Shown in pieces: positions 6,053-7,974 of a stretch of DNA of 7,974 nucleotides. Below the pieces are notes generated by a model. That model did no database searches. It saw only the letters and a program-made list of their open reading frames with translations, and was not told where the DNA came from. How positions within the stretch are numbered: the stretch's first letter is position 1; the number at the start of each line of letters is the position of its first letter. Both the position numbers and the translations under genes were made by a program. The stretch lies in the IMG/VR virus record IMGVR_UViG_2648501437_000023. The stretch is one strand, 5' to 3'. The stretch comes from a virus (Duplodnaviria > Heunggongvirae > Uroviricota > Caudoviricetes).

Positions 6053-7754
6053 TGAACTGGATCACAAAATTAGCGCCATCTTTTATTAAATAGTTATCGC
6101 CTTCATCAGGTTCTGAATACCATATTTTATGATGTGCAACAGCAAGGTTTTCTCGACATAGATACAGACCTACCCCATGTCCATTTGCTCTTTTGCTATA
6201 AAATAGTTCAAATAGTCGCGGGATATCATCGGTATCAATTGCCGGACCAGAATTTGCTATGATAACCAAAGAATTCACAAAACCAATCTTTATGAGCCTA
6301 TTATTTGACAGACTGACCCAATACATTGCATTGTTGATAATATTAGTAAAAACAGGATAGATCCTTGATGGTATATCTGTTATTGCGATTTGCTTAAACT
6401 CTTCACTAAATTCAATAGTTATTCGTTGCCGTTCGAAACGCTCCCCAAAGAACTTCAGGACATAATCCATGATATTTTTTCCAGTTATTCTCTGCCTGGA
6501 TTGATAACCTGATATTTTCAAAGGTGATAAGAAACGTATTTGTTGAGTAAGCGATCTGTGAGCATTTAACGCCAATGAAAAACCAGGGTGTTCTTTTACA
6601 GAAGTAGGAAGAGAGTTTAGTCCTCTGGTTACCATAGAATCCATTTCTTCAAGTTCATGAGATATTATCTCAACACTAATACCTAACTGTGCAAGCGCGT
6701 TTAAACTTTTAGCTTTTTCTTCAAAATATGAGCGTTCTTCTTCAGATAATGAGAATGCTGAATCTAAGTTTATACCTTCAAATAATCTATCGAGACCTTT
6801 TATTATTGATTGATATTTGAAAGTTAGGGTATCAACTGACTCAACATATAAACTATCGAGCAAATTAAACACATTTTCAATTTGTGAATCATTATCTATT
6901 GAATCAACAACTGATATAGTTTTAGCATAATAATCACTTCGATCATCCTTTATTTCATCGGCCCATTTTTTTAAAAGAGAATGTATCTTCTCCTCTATCG
7001 TGTTATTAAACTTAGTTAGTTTAGAATTAATAATACCTTGATTTTTTTCAAGGTGATTTTTCGCTGACAATGAAGGCTCAAGTTTATTTAATTCAGAATC
7101 AAGTTTATTAATTGCTAACTTCATTTGTAGAATATACGCAGAGAACTCATTAAATTTATCTCTGTAGTCTCTATATTTCTCTTCATACATTCCAAGTTTT
7201 GGAGGTTTGATAGGCGTTTTAATTTCACTGCGCAACGCATCTAAGTTTGTAAGATCACTGTCTATAATTTTAAGATAGTTTAAATCTAACGAACCATCAG
7301 TTTTATCAAGCTTAGTTTTCAGCCTTTTAACAGCCTCCAAGGAAGCATCAAGAACTGGTGTCTGATTCTTCAAAGCTTCTGAAAAACTTTTTTGTGTTGA
7401 TTTTCGAGCTTGTTGTTGAGCAGATTTTCTTAACTCTTTTTCACGCTTAACTTGTTCTAAAAGCTCTTTACGGTCATCAGAACGTGAACCAAAAAATCTA
7501 TCAGCAAGTTCAGTTAACAAATTAGATATAATAGTTTTCAGTTCTCTTGCAGCCTGGTTTCTTATGAATCCCTCTCTCCCCGACTTATCTTTCAGCTCTT
7601 TATTACTGGATTGAGTAATTCCAATATAACCAAAAATCCTTCTATTAGACCAATAATATCGCCCTGCATTCCATGAACGTCTTTCTTCTATCTGGAAGAA
7701 ATCATTATCTACTCGACCATAAGGTAATACTCTCAAGCTATCCCTAAAAATCAT
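6036..7754 (-). CDS. soluble histidine-kinase-like protein: ~350-aa coiled-coil-rich N-terminal region, HisKA-like H-box, HATPase_c domain
   Basis: 572-aa ORF. H-box GISVEIISHELEEM (His366; codon checked at 6657-6659). N-box PVFTNIINNAMYW, G1 IANSGPAID, F-box LFELFYSKR, G2 GHGVGL (codons checked at 6165-6182). No hydrophobic TM segments; N-terminal half is K/E/L-rich. Stop overlaps the start of the downstream REC gene. Confidence 0.8.
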   Translation of the reverse strand: MIFRDSLRVLPYGRVDNDFFQIEERRSWNAGRYYWSNRRIFGYIGITQSSNKELKDKSGREGFIRNQAARELKTIISNLLTELADRFFGSRSDDRKELLEQVKREKELRKSAQQQARKSTQKSFSEALKNQTPVLDASLEAVKRLKTKLDKTDGSLDLNYLKIIDSDLTNLDALRSEIKTPIKPPKLGMYEEKYRDYRDKFNEFSAYILQMKLAINKLDSELNKLEPSLSAKNHLEKNQGIINSKLTKFNNTIEEKIHSLLKKWADEIKDDRSDYYAKTISVVDSIDNDSQIENVFNLLDSLYVESVDTLTFKYQSIIKGLDRLFEGINLDSAFSLSEEERSYFEEKAKSLNALAQLGISVEIISHELEEMDSMVTRGLNSLPTSVKEHPGFSLALNAHRSLTQQIRFLSPLKISGYQSRQRITGKNIMDYVLKFFGERFERQRITIEFSEEFKQIAITDIPSRIYPVFTNIINNAMYWVSLSNNRLIKIGFVNSLVIIANSGPAIDTDDIPRLFELFYSKRANGHGVGLYLCRENLAVAHHKIWYSEPDEGDNYLIKDGANFVIQFNGVEF

Positions 7755-7974
7755 TAGTCCTGCATACTTTTTGGCCTTAAGATCAAAGTGGGAATGTTCA
7801 CGTTCAGTATGTGATGTATTTTGTGAAAGGAATTCAAACGTTCCTATCTGAAGCTCAAATGGGCCGACCCCTGCGTGATCCTACCCACGTAATATGGACA
7901 CAGGCCTAAGCGAGGTTCTTGTTTTCAAATTGTTCCGGACTGAGGCCGCCACACCAACTGTGCCGCCGCCACCG

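Larger units (their letters stand above)
2324..7974. mobile_element. ssrA-associated genomic island with P4-type integrase and AT-rich cargo (right boundary not visible; composition changes at ~7861)
   Basis: att remnant followed by an IntA-like integrase, then cargo at 3798-7860 that is visibly much more AT-rich than the two integrase regions, and an abrupt GC-rich segment from ~7861. Confidence 0.5.

Noticed and set aside
4286-7754. Calling the operon a canonical Detocs system
   Set aside because: No Hpt-like gene between or beside the kinase and REC genes, and the REC-fused domain shows no nucleoside-phosphorylase signature that I can see. The resemblance is architectural only, so it is described as Detocs-like.
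1-7974. CRISPR array or other regular tandem repeats
   Set aside because: No regularly spaced direct repeats of 25-40 nt were seen anywhere in the window; the only repeats are short hairpins and the GGGTCC motif set.
7861-7974. IS element or transposon end at the GC-rich right edge
   Set aside because: The composition shift is real, but I could not match the sequence to any terminal inverted repeat or transposase N-terminus I know. Reported as a possible junction only.

Overview
This window appears to be the junction of two integrative elements at a tmRNA (ssrA) attachment site, and the second one carries an unusual two-gene signalling operon that is the best candidate for an undescribed system. 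Left part (1-2364): the integrase-proximal arm of a prophage-like element, with a small ORF, an excisionase-like gene overlapping a tyrosine integrase (xis->int polarity pointing at the att site), and one opposite-strand gene of unknown function. At 2324-2364 there is a ~40-nt copy of the 3' end of tmRNA with no tmRNA body upstream, i.e. an att remnant rather than an intact ssrA gene. Right part (2530 onward): a P4/IntA-type integrase followed by markedly AT-rich cargo encoding a small membrane protein and, on the minus strand, a translationally coupled pair: a soluble histidine-kinase-like protein (H-box plus N/G1/F/G2 ATPase boxes) and a receiver-domain protein with a ~450-aa C-terminal domain I cannot assign. 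This pair resembles a Detocs-like two-component defence architecture but has no Hpt gene and a different output domain. No rRNA, intact tRNA/tmRNA, or CRISPR array was seen. All family assignments are from reading the translations by eye and from memory of family motifs; no database search or computation was run.
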